Shown here: positions 1 to 9,131 of the stretch, in pieces
Layout of the letters: the number at the start of each line of letters is the position of its first letter
Numbering within the stretch: position 1 is the stretch's first letter
NCBI GenBank assembly: GCA_030765405.1
Contig: JAVCCP010000078.1
Coordinates: forward strand, 48,770 to 68,769
Source of the DNA: Candidatus Ancaeobacter aquaticus
GTDB taxonomy: Bacteria > Auribacterota > Ancaeobacteria > Ancaeobacterales > Ancaeobacteraceae
Length of the DNA stretch: 20,000 nt
Reading direction: 5' to 3'
Notes under the pieces: model-generated
Told to the model about the DNA's origin: nothing
Databases searched by the model: none
The model's input: only the letters and a program-made list of their open reading frames with translations
Made by a program: the position numbers and the translations under genes

Positions 1-171
1 GCCCAGAATCATCTCTGTGTAGAAAAAAAGGTAATTAATGGTAAGACGCATACCTTTGTGAAGACATTATCTCCTGAGGAAAGAATGGGTGAAATTACCC
101 GTATGCTTGGAAGCACTGATGCTGCTTCTGCCGCATCAGAATACGCGAAGGTATTGTTAACAAAGAAGTAA
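1..171 (+). CDS. recN: DNA repair protein RecN, C-terminal fragment (5' truncated)
   Basis: Manual frame-1 translation gives AQNHLCVEKKVINGKTHTFVKTLSPEERMGEITRMLGSTDAASAASEYAKVLLTKK*. This matches the RecN C-terminal pattern H..V.K......T.T.V..L...ER..EI.RML.G. Confidence 0.85.
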   Translation, partial: AQNHLCVEKKVINGKTHTFVKTLSPEERMGEITRMLGSTDAASAASEYAKVLLTKK

Positions 172-190
172 ATACGCAAGGCAATATATT

Positions 191-1018
191 ATGATGGATA
201 GCATAACGTCTTTTTTTGCTAAAGAAGGTGTGATTATTGTAGCATTTCTTGAAATATTGCTACTCAGGTTGGGGGTATTTGCTCTTTTTATATTGATTGC
301 TGAGCTTCTCGGTCGATTACTTAAGAAAAAAGACTATAAGAGTTTTAATTGCGTTTGGTCGGTAAAAAATATCGTTGAATTATTTGTTATATACACGGGC
401 TTCCAAGCCCTGATGATATTTTTTAAAGGAGAGGTAAGTCAAAGCTCAGTTGAAGGGTTTGTATTATTTTGGTCTTTTCTTGAATATATATTTCTTATTG
501 TTCTTGTCCTTTACTTTGTGCTTCAAGTTTATGAAGGTTCTTTACGTACTCTCGGGCTTATTACGGAAGATATTAAGAGAGACCTCGTGCTTTCACTGCA
601 GTTTCTTGTGTATCTAGGTTTTGGGTGTGCCTTTCTCCATATTCTGCACGTGTATGAGTTTCTGAAACCATCATCGAAGATCATAGAAAGCGTTAGTTTA
701 AAAACATTATTTGCCGGTGGAGCAGTTGCTTACGCAAAATGTTTTCTCGTACTTATTGTTTCCCCATTTGCTGAAGAAGTGTTCTATAGGGGTTTTATGT
801 ATCCGGTCGTGAGGAATAAGGTAGGACCAGTGATTGCGTCTCTGCTGATATCGCTTTTCTTTGCCTTTATCCATTTTGATCCACAATTTTTTGTATATAT
901 ATTCATTTTGAGCTATGTGCTGTGTTATTTGTATGAAAAAGGCAGAAGCTTAGTCCCTCCCATAATAATACACAGTGTCTATAATCTATTGGTTCTTTTA
1001 GGTCTCTTCAACTATTAA
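191..1018 (+). CDS. CPBP family (type II CAAX/Abi) intramembrane metalloprotease
   Basis: Multi-TM hydrophobic protein with all three CPBP motifs: EEVFYRG (EExxxR), FAFIH (FxxxH) and HSVYN (HxxxB). The start may be 191 or 194. Confidence 0.9.
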   Translation: MMDSITSFFAKEGVIIVAFLEILLLRLGVFALFILIAELLGRLLKKKDYKSFNCVWSVKNIVELFVIYTGFQALMIFFKGEVSQSSVEGFVLFWSFLEYIFLIVLVLYFVLQVYEGSLRTLGLITEDIKRDLVLSLQFLVYLGFGCAFLHILHVYEFLKPSSKIIESVSLKTLFAGGAVAYAKCFLVLIVSPFAEEVFYRGFMYPVVRNKVGPVIASLLISLFFAFIHFDPQFFVYIFILSYVLCYLYEKGRSLVPPIIIHSVYNLLVLLGLFNY

Positions 1019-1026
1019 ATAAAAAC

Positions 1027-1186
1027 TACAGACAACAGACATTAGACCAGAGACCAGAGACTCAAGACTAAGAAACATGTGCTTTAGCAAGTTAATTCCC
1101 ATTATTATTTTTACTATAAGTAGTTTAAAAGTTGTTGAATTTTTGTCCGTGGTCTGTAGTCTCTGATCTCTGGTCTCTGGTCTGTT
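1027..1186. repeat. Two inverted arrays of degenerate heptamers, (NNNAGAC)x6 and (GTCTNNN)x6
   Basis: 1027-1068: tacagac aacagac attagac cagagac cagagac tcaagac. 1145-1186: gtccgtg gtctgta gtctctg atctctg gtctctg gtctgtt, which is the reverse-complement arrangement. The spacer is 76 nt. Confidence 0.9.
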
Positions 1187-1264
1187 ATTTATGTTGCATT
1201 TTTCCTGTCTTTGTATACAATGACCCCTCACAAACAATAACAAATACAAAAAAAGAGAGTGATT

Positions 1265-3019
1265 ATGAGCAATCAATATGTAGAAAAATGGGTTGATGAA
1301 ATGGCGCAGTTATGCATGCCCGATAATGTGTGTTGGGTTACTGGTTCTGAAGAAGAAAAAGATCGTTTAAGCCAGGAAGCATTTAAGACAGGTGAGCTGA
1401 TTGAGCTCGATCAAGAAAAGTTGCCCGGGTGCGTATACCATCGTACCGCAATAAATGATGTCGCACGAACTGAACATCTTACGTTTATTTGCACTGAACA
1501 AAAAGAAACAGTCGGTCCGACTAATAACTGGATGCAAAAAGATGAAGCATATAAGAAATTAAGCGAGATATTCAGTGGGTCAATGAAAGGCAGAACAATG
1601 TATGTTGTTCCTTTTATCATGGGACCTGCCGGATCTCCTTCAAGCAAAGTTGGTGTCGAGCTCACAGACAGTATATATGTTGTATTAAACATGTGTATAA
1701 TGACCCGTGTGGGTAAAATTGCTATGGATGAACTGGATGGGTCAGATAATTTTACACGGTGTCTTCACGGTAAGGCTGAGCGGGATATTGAGAAACGGTT
1801 TATCTGTCATTTTCCTGAAGATAACACTATTTGGAGTGTTGGGTCAGGATACGGCGGAAACGTTCTTCTCGGCAAAAAATGTCTTGCCTTACGTATAGCG
1901 AGTTATCTTGGTTATGAAGAGGGATGGATGGCCGAACACATGCTTATTTTAGGTGTTCAGGATCCAAAAGGCAACGTCAGTTATGTTGCTGCAGCATTTC
2001 CAAGTGCATGCGGTAAAACAAATCTAGCAATGCTTGTACCGCCGGAATCATTATCTGCAAAAGGATATAAGGTATGGACAGTAGGCGATGATATTGCGTG
2101 GATGCGTATTGGTGAAGATGGTAGAATATGGGCAATTAATCCTGAAGCAGGTTTCTTTGGTGTTGTTCCGGGAACAAGCCAAAAGAGTAATCCGAACGCG
2201 CTAAAAACGATACAAAAAAATACTATATACACGAATGTGCTTTTAAAAGATGATAAAACGGTATGGTGGGAAGGGCTTGATGGCCAACCGCCTGAAAAGG
2301 GCTTAGATTGGAAAGGTAATCCGTGGACATCGGCCTCAGGTGAAAATGGGGCGCATCCAAATTCACGCTTTACTGCTCCAGCGAGTCAATGTCCGTGTAT
2401 TTCACCGGAGTGGGAAGATCCCAAAGGCGTGCCTATAAGCGCATTTATCTTTGGCGGCCGGAGAGCAAAATTAACACCTCTTGTATACGAATCATTTAAT
2501 TGGCAGCATGGTGTGTTTGTTGGTGCAACCATGGCTTCAGAGACAACAGCAGCAGCAACACACGCAGTTGGTGTTGTAAGACGTGACCCTATGGCAATGT
2601 TACCGTTTTGTGGATACAATATGAGCGATTATTTTAGTCATTGGCTAAACATGGGTAAAAAGATCAAAAACCCGCCAAAGATCTTTAATGTAAATTGGTT
2701 TAAGACTGACGAAAATGATAAATTTATTTGGCCTGGATTTGGTGATAACCTGAGAGTTTTGGAGTGGATTATTGAAAGAGCCACTGGAGATGCTCCGTCA
2801 AAAGAAACTCCTATTGGTTATTTGCCAACAGAAGATGCACTTGATCTTAAAGGTCTTGATTTAGAAAAGGGTGTAATGGACACGTTGCTAGAGGTTAATA
2901 AAGAAGCGTGGCTGAAAGAATATGATGAGATCAGTGAGTTCTTTAAGAAGTTTGGAGATGAATTGCCGAAAGAAATGGCTGAAGAACATCAGGCGCTTAA
3001 AGATAGATTAAATAAATAA
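1265..3019 (+). CDS. pckG: Phosphoenolpyruvate carboxykinase (GTP)
   Basis: Motifs HFPE, GSGYGGN.LLGKKC.ALR, GWMAEHM, AFPSACGKTNLAM (P-loop), VGDDIAW, AHPNSRF, RRDPMAMLPFCGYN and WPGFGDN.RVL. ATG 1265 is preferred over GTG 1259 because of the AAGAGAG RBS-like sequence upstream. Confidence 0.98.
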   Translation: MSNQYVEKWVDEMAQLCMPDNVCWVTGSEEEKDRLSQEAFKTGELIELDQEKLPGCVYHRTAINDVARTEHLTFICTEQKETVGPTNNWMQKDEAYKKLSEIFSGSMKGRTMYVVPFIMGPAGSPSSKVGVELTDSIYVVLNMCIMTRVGKIAMDELDGSDNFTRCLHGKAERDIEKRFICHFPEDNTIWSVGSGYGGNVLLGKKCLALRIASYLGYEEGWMAEHMLILGVQDPKGNVSYVAAAFPSACGKTNLAMLVPPESLSAKGYKVWTVGDDIAWMRIGEDGRIWAINPEAGFFGVVPGTSQKSNPNALKTIQKNTIYTNVLLKDDKTVWWEGLDGQPPEKGLDWKGNPWTSASGENGAHPNSRFTAPASQCPCISPEWEDPKGVPISAFIFGGRRAKLTPLVYESFNWQHGVFVGATMASETTAAATHAVGVVRRDPMAMLPFCGYNMSDYFSHWLNMGKKIKNPPKIFNVNWFKTDENDKFIWPGFGDNLRVLEWIIERATGDAPSKETPIGYLPTEDALDLKGLDLEKGVMDTLLEVNKEAWLKEYDEISEFFKKFGDELPKEMAEEHQALKDRLNK

Positions 3020-3045
3020 TTGTAATAGAGATGCAGGAGAATATG

Positions 3046-3954
3046 ATGGAAGCAGTAAGTCCTAATGTTGTAACACAGATAAAACTTGATGGAGTTAAGC
3101 TCTTTAAAGAAGGCAAAGTACGATCAGTTTTTGATCTTGATGATAAGCTCCTTATAGTTGCATCAGATAGGATATCTGCGTTTGATTATATTTTACCTGA
3201 AGGTATACCCTATAAAGCGAAAGTACTTACAAAAATATCTGAGCATTGGTTTAATTTCACGAAAGATATTGTGAAAAACCATCTTATTTCAACCGATGTA
3301 AGCGCTTTTCCAGGTGAACTAGAAAAGTTTAGTTCGATCCTTGACGGTAGATCAATGCTTGTTAAGAAGACCGAGCTTGTTCCTATTGAATGTGTTGTAA
3401 GAGGATATATATCCGGATCAGCGTGGAAAGAATATAAGAAGACTGGAACAGTATGTGGTGAAAAGCTTCCTGAAGGGTATGAAGAAAGCTGTAAGTTTGT
3501 GGAGCCTATTTTTACACCGGCAACAAAAGCTGAAGAAGGGCATGACGAGAATATATCTATTCAAACAATGAAAGATATGGTTGGTACTGAGATTACAGAA
3601 AAGCTTCAAAAAGCAAGTATTGAAATATATGCTACTTGTCACAAGAAGGCGTTAGAAGAAGGTATCATAATAGCTGATACCAAATATGAGTTTGGCATGC
3701 TTGATGGCGAGTTAATTTTAATAGACGAGCTGTTAACTCCTGATTCATCACGATTTTGGCCCGAAGATTCCTATCAGCCGGGTAGATCACAGGATAGTTT
3801 TGATAAACAATTTGTAAGAGATTATCTTGAATCAATAGAGTGGAACAAAACCCCACCGGTACCGCATTTGCCTGAAGATATCATTCGTAAAACGTCTGAA
3901 AAATATCAAGAAGCATATAAGAGAATAACGGGCTTAGACCTCAATCAGAAATAA
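3046..3954 (+). CDS. purC: SAICAR synthase (phosphoribosylaminoimidazolesuccinocarboxamide synthase)
   Basis: Motifs GKVR, DRISAFD, P.ECVVRGY.SGS, PIFTPATKA, IIADTKYEFG, DE.LTPDSSRFW and SFDKQFVRDYL. CAGGAG at 3034-3039 favours ATG 3046 or 3043; the ORF track start is 3031. Confidence 0.97.
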   Translation: MEAVSPNVVTQIKLDGVKLFKEGKVRSVFDLDDKLLIVASDRISAFDYILPEGIPYKAKVLTKISEHWFNFTKDIVKNHLISTDVSAFPGELEKFSSILDGRSMLVKKTELVPIECVVRGYISGSAWKEYKKTGTVCGEKLPEGYEESCKFVEPIFTPATKAEEGHDENISIQTMKDMVGTEITEKLQKASIEIYATCHKKALEEGIIIADTKYEFGMLDGELILIDELLTPDSSRFWPEDSYQPGRSQDSFDKQFVRDYLESIEWNKTPPVPHLPEDIIRKTSEKYQEAYKRITGLDLNQK

Positions 3955-3985
3955 CAAATCTCCCTTTATATTTGCTTGTTCTCTG

Positions 3986-3994
3986 TGGTATACT
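3986..3994 (+). promoter_or_regulatory. Candidate extended -10 promoter (TGgTATACT) for the methionine synthase genes
   Basis: TGnTATAcT lies 60 nt upstream of ATG 4055 in the only gap between purC and the met genes. No good -35 box is visible. Confidence 0.35.
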
Positions 3995-4054
3995 ATACAC
4001 TCGTAATTGATATATAAAATGATATAGTACGTTTACACAAGAATATGAGCCGGT

Positions 4055-4669
4055 ATGCCGACACTCACTAATCTAAAAGTTAATATACCACGTAATGAAG
4101 TGTTAAAAAGACTTCGATATCATCCTTCAAAAACGGATCCTCAAGAGAATATTGATAATCTTATTGATAATTTGATTGAAGATGCGTATATTTTGATGGA
4201 GCCAAAAGCTCTTTACAAAGATATTTTAATTGAAGAAAAGAGTGGCAATATAGTTACCTTGAAAGATTGCACATTTGTAATAGAGGGGGCAGAAATTGCC
4301 GGTTTATTGCAAAAGTCTCATAAGGTAGTATTGATGGCAGTAACGATTGGTCCGGACTTGCCGTTACGCTCACAAAGGTATATGCAAGAGAAAAAAGTAA
4401 CTGAAGCAATGGTATTAGATGCTATTGGCTCAGAGGCAGTAGAAGCTTTAGCTGACAAGGTAAATGAGATAATAAGAACGAATGCGAATCTCGAAGGATG
4501 TGTGCTTACAAAGCGATATTCACCGGGGTATTCTGATTGGGCTATTACCGCGCAAAAAGAGTTATTGCATGTTCTTGGTGCGCAAGACATTGGTATACAG
4601 TTAAACCCAGCGTGTTTAATGATCCCTGAAAAGTCTATTAGTGCGGTGATAGGTTACAAGGAGAAATAA
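4055..4669 (+). CDS. Stand-alone methionine synthase activation (reactivation, AdoMet-binding) domain protein
   Basis: Motifs VLMAVTIG, A.VLDAIGSEAVEALA, RYSPGYSDW and IGIQLN..CLMIPEKSISAVIG are typical of the MetH C-terminal activation domain. The gene lies 7 nt upstream of the metH core gene. Confidence 0.9.
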   Translation: MPTLTNLKVNIPRNEVLKRLRYHPSKTDPQENIDNLIDNLIEDAYILMEPKALYKDILIEEKSGNIVTLKDCTFVIEGAEIAGLLQKSHKVVLMAVTIGPDLPLRSQRYMQEKKVTEAMVLDAIGSEAVEALADKVNEIIRTNANLEGCVLTKRYSPGYSDWAITAQKELLHVLGAQDIGIQLNPACLMIPEKSISAVIGYKEK

Positions 4670-4676
4670 ATATATT

Positions 4677-7094
4677 ATGGAAAATATTTTACAGGTATTA
4701 AAGAAAAAGATTCTAGTGTATGACGGTGCGTTAGGAACGATGCTTCAGGAAAAGGGTGCTTTAGCAGGTGTGCGATCTCCGGAAGAGGTTAATCTTATCT
4801 CTCCTGATACGCTGAGAGATATACACAGAGAGTATATTGATGCAGGAGCTGATGTTATTGAGACAAATACCTTTGGGGTAAGCTCAATAAAGCTGAAAGA
4901 ATTTGGTCTCGAAGACAAAATGACCGAAATAATCAAAAAAGGTATCCAGATAGCTGTTGATGCTGCTTCAGGTAAAGCGTATGTCGCCGCTTCGATTGGG
5001 CCATTGCCAAAGCAGCTTGAACCTTTAGGTGAGCTTACTTTTGATCAAGCGTACACGCTTTTTGCCGAACAGGTAAAAGTAATAGCTGACACAGGTGCAG
5101 ACCTTATTCTCATTGAAACAATGAGCGATATAAAGGAAACGAAAGCCGCGGTTATTGCGGCAAAAGAGCATTCTTCACTTCCGGTGCAGGTGCAAATGAC
5201 TTTTGATAAGGGTAAGTGGACTTTATCAGGAACGCCACCAGAGGTAGCAGCAGTTGTTCTCGGTGCATGTGGAGCTGATATTATCGGTGTAAATTGTTCT
5301 AGTGGTCCGGAAGAATTACTCTATACGGTTGAAATGTTGGGTAGATATTTTGATGGCTATATATCTGTTTTACCGAATGCAGGACTGCCTGAGCTGGTGG
5401 ATGGGAAAACGATCTTTAGAGCGACTCCTGAATACATGGCTGAGTACGCTATCAAGTTTGCTGAAAGAGGAGTAAATTTGATCGGTGGATGTTGCGGGAC
5501 AACCCCTGACCATATCAGGGCATGTGCTCAGGTGATTAAAGGAGCCAAACCGGTAGCCAGAGACTATATTGGCGGGTTTATGGTTGCAAGCCGAACACAA
5601 GTAGTGAGAGTAAGTGACGATACTATTCCTCTTGTTATAGGCGAACGCATTAATCCAACCAATAGAAAAGATCTATCTGCCGAGCTTAAAGCCGGTAAAA
5701 TGACCCTATTAAAAAATGATGCTCTTACCCAGACAAAAAACGGGGCTTCAATACTTGATATTAATGTCGGTGTTCCCGGTGAAGATGAAGTGGCTCTAAT
5801 GGGCAATGCGGTTTCTCAAGTGCAGAATACTGTTGGTGCAGCGATTGCTATTGATACAATGGATCAGCGGGCACTTGAAGAGGGTCTTAAAGAGTGTGCT
5901 GGTAAACCGCTTATAAATTCGGTAAATGGTAAAGCTGCCAGCATGCAGTCTGTTATTCCATTAGCTGTAAAATACGGGGCGGCACTCATTGCACTGACAC
6001 TCGATGAAAAAGGTATCCCGACTGAAGTGAAAAAAAGGGTGGCGTTAGCACAGGTAATTATTAAAGAAGCTGAAGGAAAAGGTATCCGTAAAGATGATAT
6101 ACTCGTTGATTCTTTAACGTTAACGGTATCAAGTGAACCTGAAGGCGTCCGACTTACCCTCGATGCAGTTAAAGAGATAAAAGCACTGGGATACAAAAAC
6201 AGCCTTGGAGTAAGCAATATTTCATTTGGGTTACCCGGAAGAAAATACATTAATGGAAGTTTTCTTTCAATGGCTATTGGTGCCGGGCTTGATGCTGCGA
6301 TTATCAATCCAAATAACCAGTCTATGATGGATGCGTTTCTTGCTTCATCTGTGCTGGTGAACAGGGACAAACTAGCTGTGCAGTACATAGCGGAGATAAA
6401 AAAACGTGATATGCAAACAAGTGGTTCGCATATTGCAGAAAAGGGTTCGCAAAGCGGTTCTATCGATATTAAAGATAAACTTTATAATGCGATCTTGTAC
6501 GGGCAGCGTGATGAAATAGCCGGATTAATTGATGAAGGAGTAAAAACCGGTTTGACTCCTATGGATATAAATATGAGCTTGCTGGTACCTGCTCTTGAGG
6601 AAGTAGGCAAGAAATTTGAATCAAAAGAATATTTTCTCCCGCAGCTGATTTTATCAGCTGAAACAATGCGTAAAGCCTTTGAACACGTTAAAACGTTTAC
6701 TAATGGAGAGGATCAGGATTCAAGTAAAGCAAAGATTGTTATCGCGACAGTTGAAGGAGATGTCCATGATATCGGCAAAAATATTGTAATAGCGGTACTG
6801 GAAAATTATGGATATGAAATAATCGATCTTGGTAAAAGTGTTTCATCAAAAGAGATTATCGATACGGTAAAAGAACACAAAGCGGATATTGTCGGGTTGT
6901 CTGCATTAATGACGACGACAATGACCGAGATGAAAAAAGTGATCAGTGAGATAGGAGCTGCGGGACTTAATGTAAAAACGATTATTGGCGGCGCTGTTGT
7001 GACACCCGCATATGCAAAAGAGATAAAAGCTGATGCATATGCTAAAGATGCGATAGCGGCGGTAAGGATCATTAAAGATTTATTGTCTAAATAA
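4677..7094 (+). CDS. metH: Cobalamin-dependent methionine synthase core (Hcy-binding, folate-binding, cap and B12-binding domains; no activation domain)
   Basis: Motifs YDGALGT, ETNTFG, GVNC and GGCCGTTPDHI (Zn ligands), IGERINPT, GVSNISFGLP, G..FE..EYFLPQL..SAE, and GDVHDIGKNIV...S.LMTT...IIGGA (B12 motif). Confidence 0.96.
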   Translation: MENILQVLKKKILVYDGALGTMLQEKGALAGVRSPEEVNLISPDTLRDIHREYIDAGADVIETNTFGVSSIKLKEFGLEDKMTEIIKKGIQIAVDAASGKAYVAASIGPLPKQLEPLGELTFDQAYTLFAEQVKVIADTGADLILIETMSDIKETKAAVIAAKEHSSLPVQVQMTFDKGKWTLSGTPPEVAAVVLGACGADIIGVNCSSGPEELLYTVEMLGRYFDGYISVLPNAGLPELVDGKTIFRATPEYMAEYAIKFAERGVNLIGGCCGTTPDHIRACAQVIKGAKPVARDYIGGFMVASRTQVVRVSDDTIPLVIGERINPTNRKDLSAELKAGKMTLLKNDALTQTKNGASILDINVGVPGEDEVALMGNAVSQVQNTVGAAIAIDTMDQRALEEGLKECAGKPLINSVNGKAASMQSVIPLAVKYGAALIALTLDEKGIPTEVKKRVALAQVIIKEAEGKGIRKDDILVDSLTLTVSSEPEGVRLTLDAVKEIKALGYKNSLGVSNISFGLPGRKYINGSFLSMAIGAGLDAAIINPNNQSMMDAFLASSVLVNRDKLAVQYIAEIKKRDMQTSGSHIAEKGSQSGSIDIKDKLYNAILYGQRDEIAGLIDEGVKTGLTPMDINMSLLVPALEEVGKKFESKEYFLPQLILSAETMRKAFEHVKTFTNGEDQDSSKAKIVIATVEGDVHDIGKNIVIAVLENYGYEIIDLGKSVSSKEIIDTVKEHKADIVGLSALMTTTMTEMKKVISEIGAAGLNVKTIIGGAVVTPAYAKEIKADAYAKDAIAAVRIIKDLLSK

Positions 7095-7100
7095 TAGTGC

Positions 7101-7282
7101 AAGTAATTATAAATGAGAAATATGTTAGTTTTTTTTAGGAATTTTAATATGTGTAGTGTGATTTTGTATTTATTTTTGATTATTTGAATTTGAGAATTTT
7201 AATTTGTTTAGGATTTAGGTTTTAGAATTTAGAGTTTATTTTAAAGGAGGATTTATGTATAGAGTATTAGTATTGTTTATGG
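7101..7282 (+). other. Cytosine-free T/G/A tract (182 nt) containing heptamer-like repeats (gatttag gttttag aatttag agtttat)
   Basis: No C occurs on the + strand between C7100 and C7283. The tract includes the AAGGAGG RBS and the first codons of the 7255 gene. Confidence 0.85.
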
Positions 7283-7962
7283 CTATTATTTGTTTATGGC
7301 AAACAACTGGTTATGCTATGGCGCAAAAGGCTGTATCAGTTGTTGATAAAATAAATGTTATGCTCGTTGTCGAGAAACAAGGTGATAGCGCACTTCTTAC
7401 GATAGAGGTTGCAAATATTAGTCCGGAAAAAGTGAACTGTACTTTTTTGTCCGCAAAGAAATATGATTTTATTATAAAAGATGCAAAAAGTAATATTATC
7501 TGGCAGTGGACACACAGTCGCCTTTTTTCTCAAGCGATACAAAAAGAATTTTTAGATAAAGGACAGGTGTTTATTTTTAGTGAGAAATGGGACTATAAGA
7601 ACAATGAGGGGCAGCGGGTTACTCCGGGGAAGTATGGGGTTACTGGAGAGTTTTCTGTTATGCCGACAAGCATACTTACCGCACCTAAAGAGATTGACGT
7701 TTTAGAAGAAGATTTAAAAATTGCCGGTGGATATACTATAACAGGAACAATTGCTGTTATTGGCAGTGACATATATATAAATAGTGATGATGGTGTGACG
7801 TATAAGCTCGCTGGCAGTAGTGTAGATTTTAAAGATCAAAACGGTGATTATATTGCGGTTTTTTCTCCTGTAATACAAAATATTTCCGGTTCACAGTACC
7901 GGAGCATAACCATAAAAGATTTCAAGGTATATAACAGCAGAAAAGAATATAGCGGAATGTAA
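7255..7962 (+). CDS. Secreted protein with a BsuPI (intracellular proteinase inhibitor-like, Ig-like) domain plus a small C-terminal beta domain
   Basis: Signal peptide MYRVLVLFMAIICLWQTTGYA. The segment F.SAKKYDFIIKD....IIWQW.....FSQ......L.......FSEKWD..N..G..V.PGKY matches the BsuPI pattern as I recall it. Strong RBS AAGGAGG. Confidence 0.7.
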   Translation: MYRVLVLFMAIICLWQTTGYAMAQKAVSVVDKINVMLVVEKQGDSALLTIEVANISPEKVNCTFLSAKKYDFIIKDAKSNIIWQWTHSRLFSQAIQKEFLDKGQVFIFSEKWDYKNNEGQRVTPGKYGVTGEFSVMPTSILTAPKEIDVLEEDLKIAGGYTITGTIAVIGSDIYINSDDGVTYKLAGSSVDFKDQNGDYIAVFSPVIQNISGSQYRSITIKDFKVYNSRKEYSGM

Positions 7963-7997
7963 TCCGGATATAATTCCGCAAACAAATTGTAGAGCGT

Positions 7998-9131
7998 ATG
8001 AACGTTACTTGTATTGACATATATGAAGTAGAAATACCATTTAAAGTTTCATTTTCCCATTCTCTCAAAACACGCACTTCTTCTGAGAGTATTATCGTAA
8101 AAATTACCCTGGATAATGGCTCTTGCGGTTACGGAGAAGGCCTCCCGCGCGAGTATGTTACGGGTGAAACTACCCTATCTGTCGCACTTGATATAAAAGA
8201 CAAACTGGCGCCATTTCTTATTGGTAAGTCATTTTCCTCGCTTCAAGAAGCACTCGATATATTTAAGAACAAAGATTACGAACATTTTAACGATTGTGGG
8301 AGCAGCGCTGTTTGTGCAGTGAGTACTGCCTTTTTAGATGCGGTGACTAAAGCCCATAATAAATCTATAGCGGATGTCATTGGTTCTCAAAAGAGGGACA
8401 AGATATTTTATACCGGGGTCATTTCGTCTGGTGAAATGAAAAAAGTGATTAAGTATGCGCTGCTATATAGACTTGGCGGGTTTAAGTATATTAAGCTTAA
8501 AGTAGGTACACCGGATGATATCGAAAAATTAAGAGTGGTAAGAAGGATTGTGGGTAAAAGCACTGATATACGGGTAGATGCGAATTGTGCTTGGAACTAT
8601 GATCAGGCACGTGACATAATTGAGCAGATGAAAATATATGGTGTGAGTACAGTTGAGCAGCCGTTACCTAAAGAAGATATTGAAGGAATAAAAAAGTTAA
8701 CACAATCCTCAGGTCTCTATATATCTGCGGATGAGTCTTTAACGTCAGTTAATGATGCCCGAATGCTTGCAAAAGATAAAGTATTCAATATGTTCAATAT
8801 CCGCCTATCAAAATGCTCAGGCATCTTCGATGCTCTTAGTATTTACCATATTGCGAAAGAGAATAATATTAAGTGCCAGTTTGGCTGTCAAGTTGGGGAG
8901 ACATCGATACTTTCTGCAGCTCAAAGGCATGTTGCAATGACACTTCCCGATGTAGATTATATTGAAGGGTCTTATTCCACGCATTTACTGAAAAGTGATA
9001 TTGTTTTAAAACCTGTCAAATTTGGATATCGTGGTATCGGTCGCCCTATAGCTGGCACGGGCCTTGGTATTCAGGTAGATGAAACACTCCTAAAGAAATA
9101 TACTACCAACACTCTCATATTAACATCATAA
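7998..9131 (+). CDS. Enolase superfamily enzyme, muconate lactonising enzyme/dipeptide epimerase subgroup; substrate unknown
   Basis: GYGE N-terminal capping domain, KxK (K166/K168), metal ligands D194 (DAN), E220 (EQP) and D245 (DES), NIRLSK (R269) and GCQVGET. Confidence 0.9.
   Translation: MNVTCIDIYEVEIPFKVSFSHSLKTRTSSESIIVKITLDNGSCGYGEGLPREYVTGETTLSVALDIKDKLAPFLIGKSFSSLQEALDIFKNKDYEHFNDCGSSAVCAVSTAFLDAVTKAHNKSIADVIGSQKRDKIFYTGVISSGEMKKVIKYALLYRLGGFKYIKLKVGTPDDIEKLRVVRRIVGKSTDIRVDANCAWNYDQARDIIEQMKIYGVSTVEQPLPKEDIEGIKKLTQSSGLYISADESLTSVNDARMLAKDKVFNMFNIRLSKCSGIFDALSIYHIAKENNIKCQFGCQVGETSILSAAQRHVAMTLPDVDYIEGSYSTHLLKSDIVLKPVKFGYRGIGRPIAGTGLGIQVDETLLKKYTTNTLILTS

Noticed and set aside
1027..1186. 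Possible CRISPR array
   Set aside because: The units are 7 nt and contiguous, with no 23-50 nt repeats separated by unique spacers and no cas genes.
998..1276. Minus-strand 92-aa ORF spanning the heptamer arrays
   Set aside because: Its sequence (RPETRDQRLQT) is simply the translated heptamer repeat. It overlaps both neighbouring genes and has no protein-like features.
3955..4054. SAM (S-box) or cobalamin riboswitch upstream of the methionine synthase genes
   Set aside because: The gap is only 100 nt and AT-rich, and lacks the conserved cores of either class.
5864..6388. Minus-strand 174-aa ORF and other antisense ORFs inside pckG, purC and metH
   Set aside because: They are fully overlapped by well-supported conserved genes and carry no recognisable motifs.
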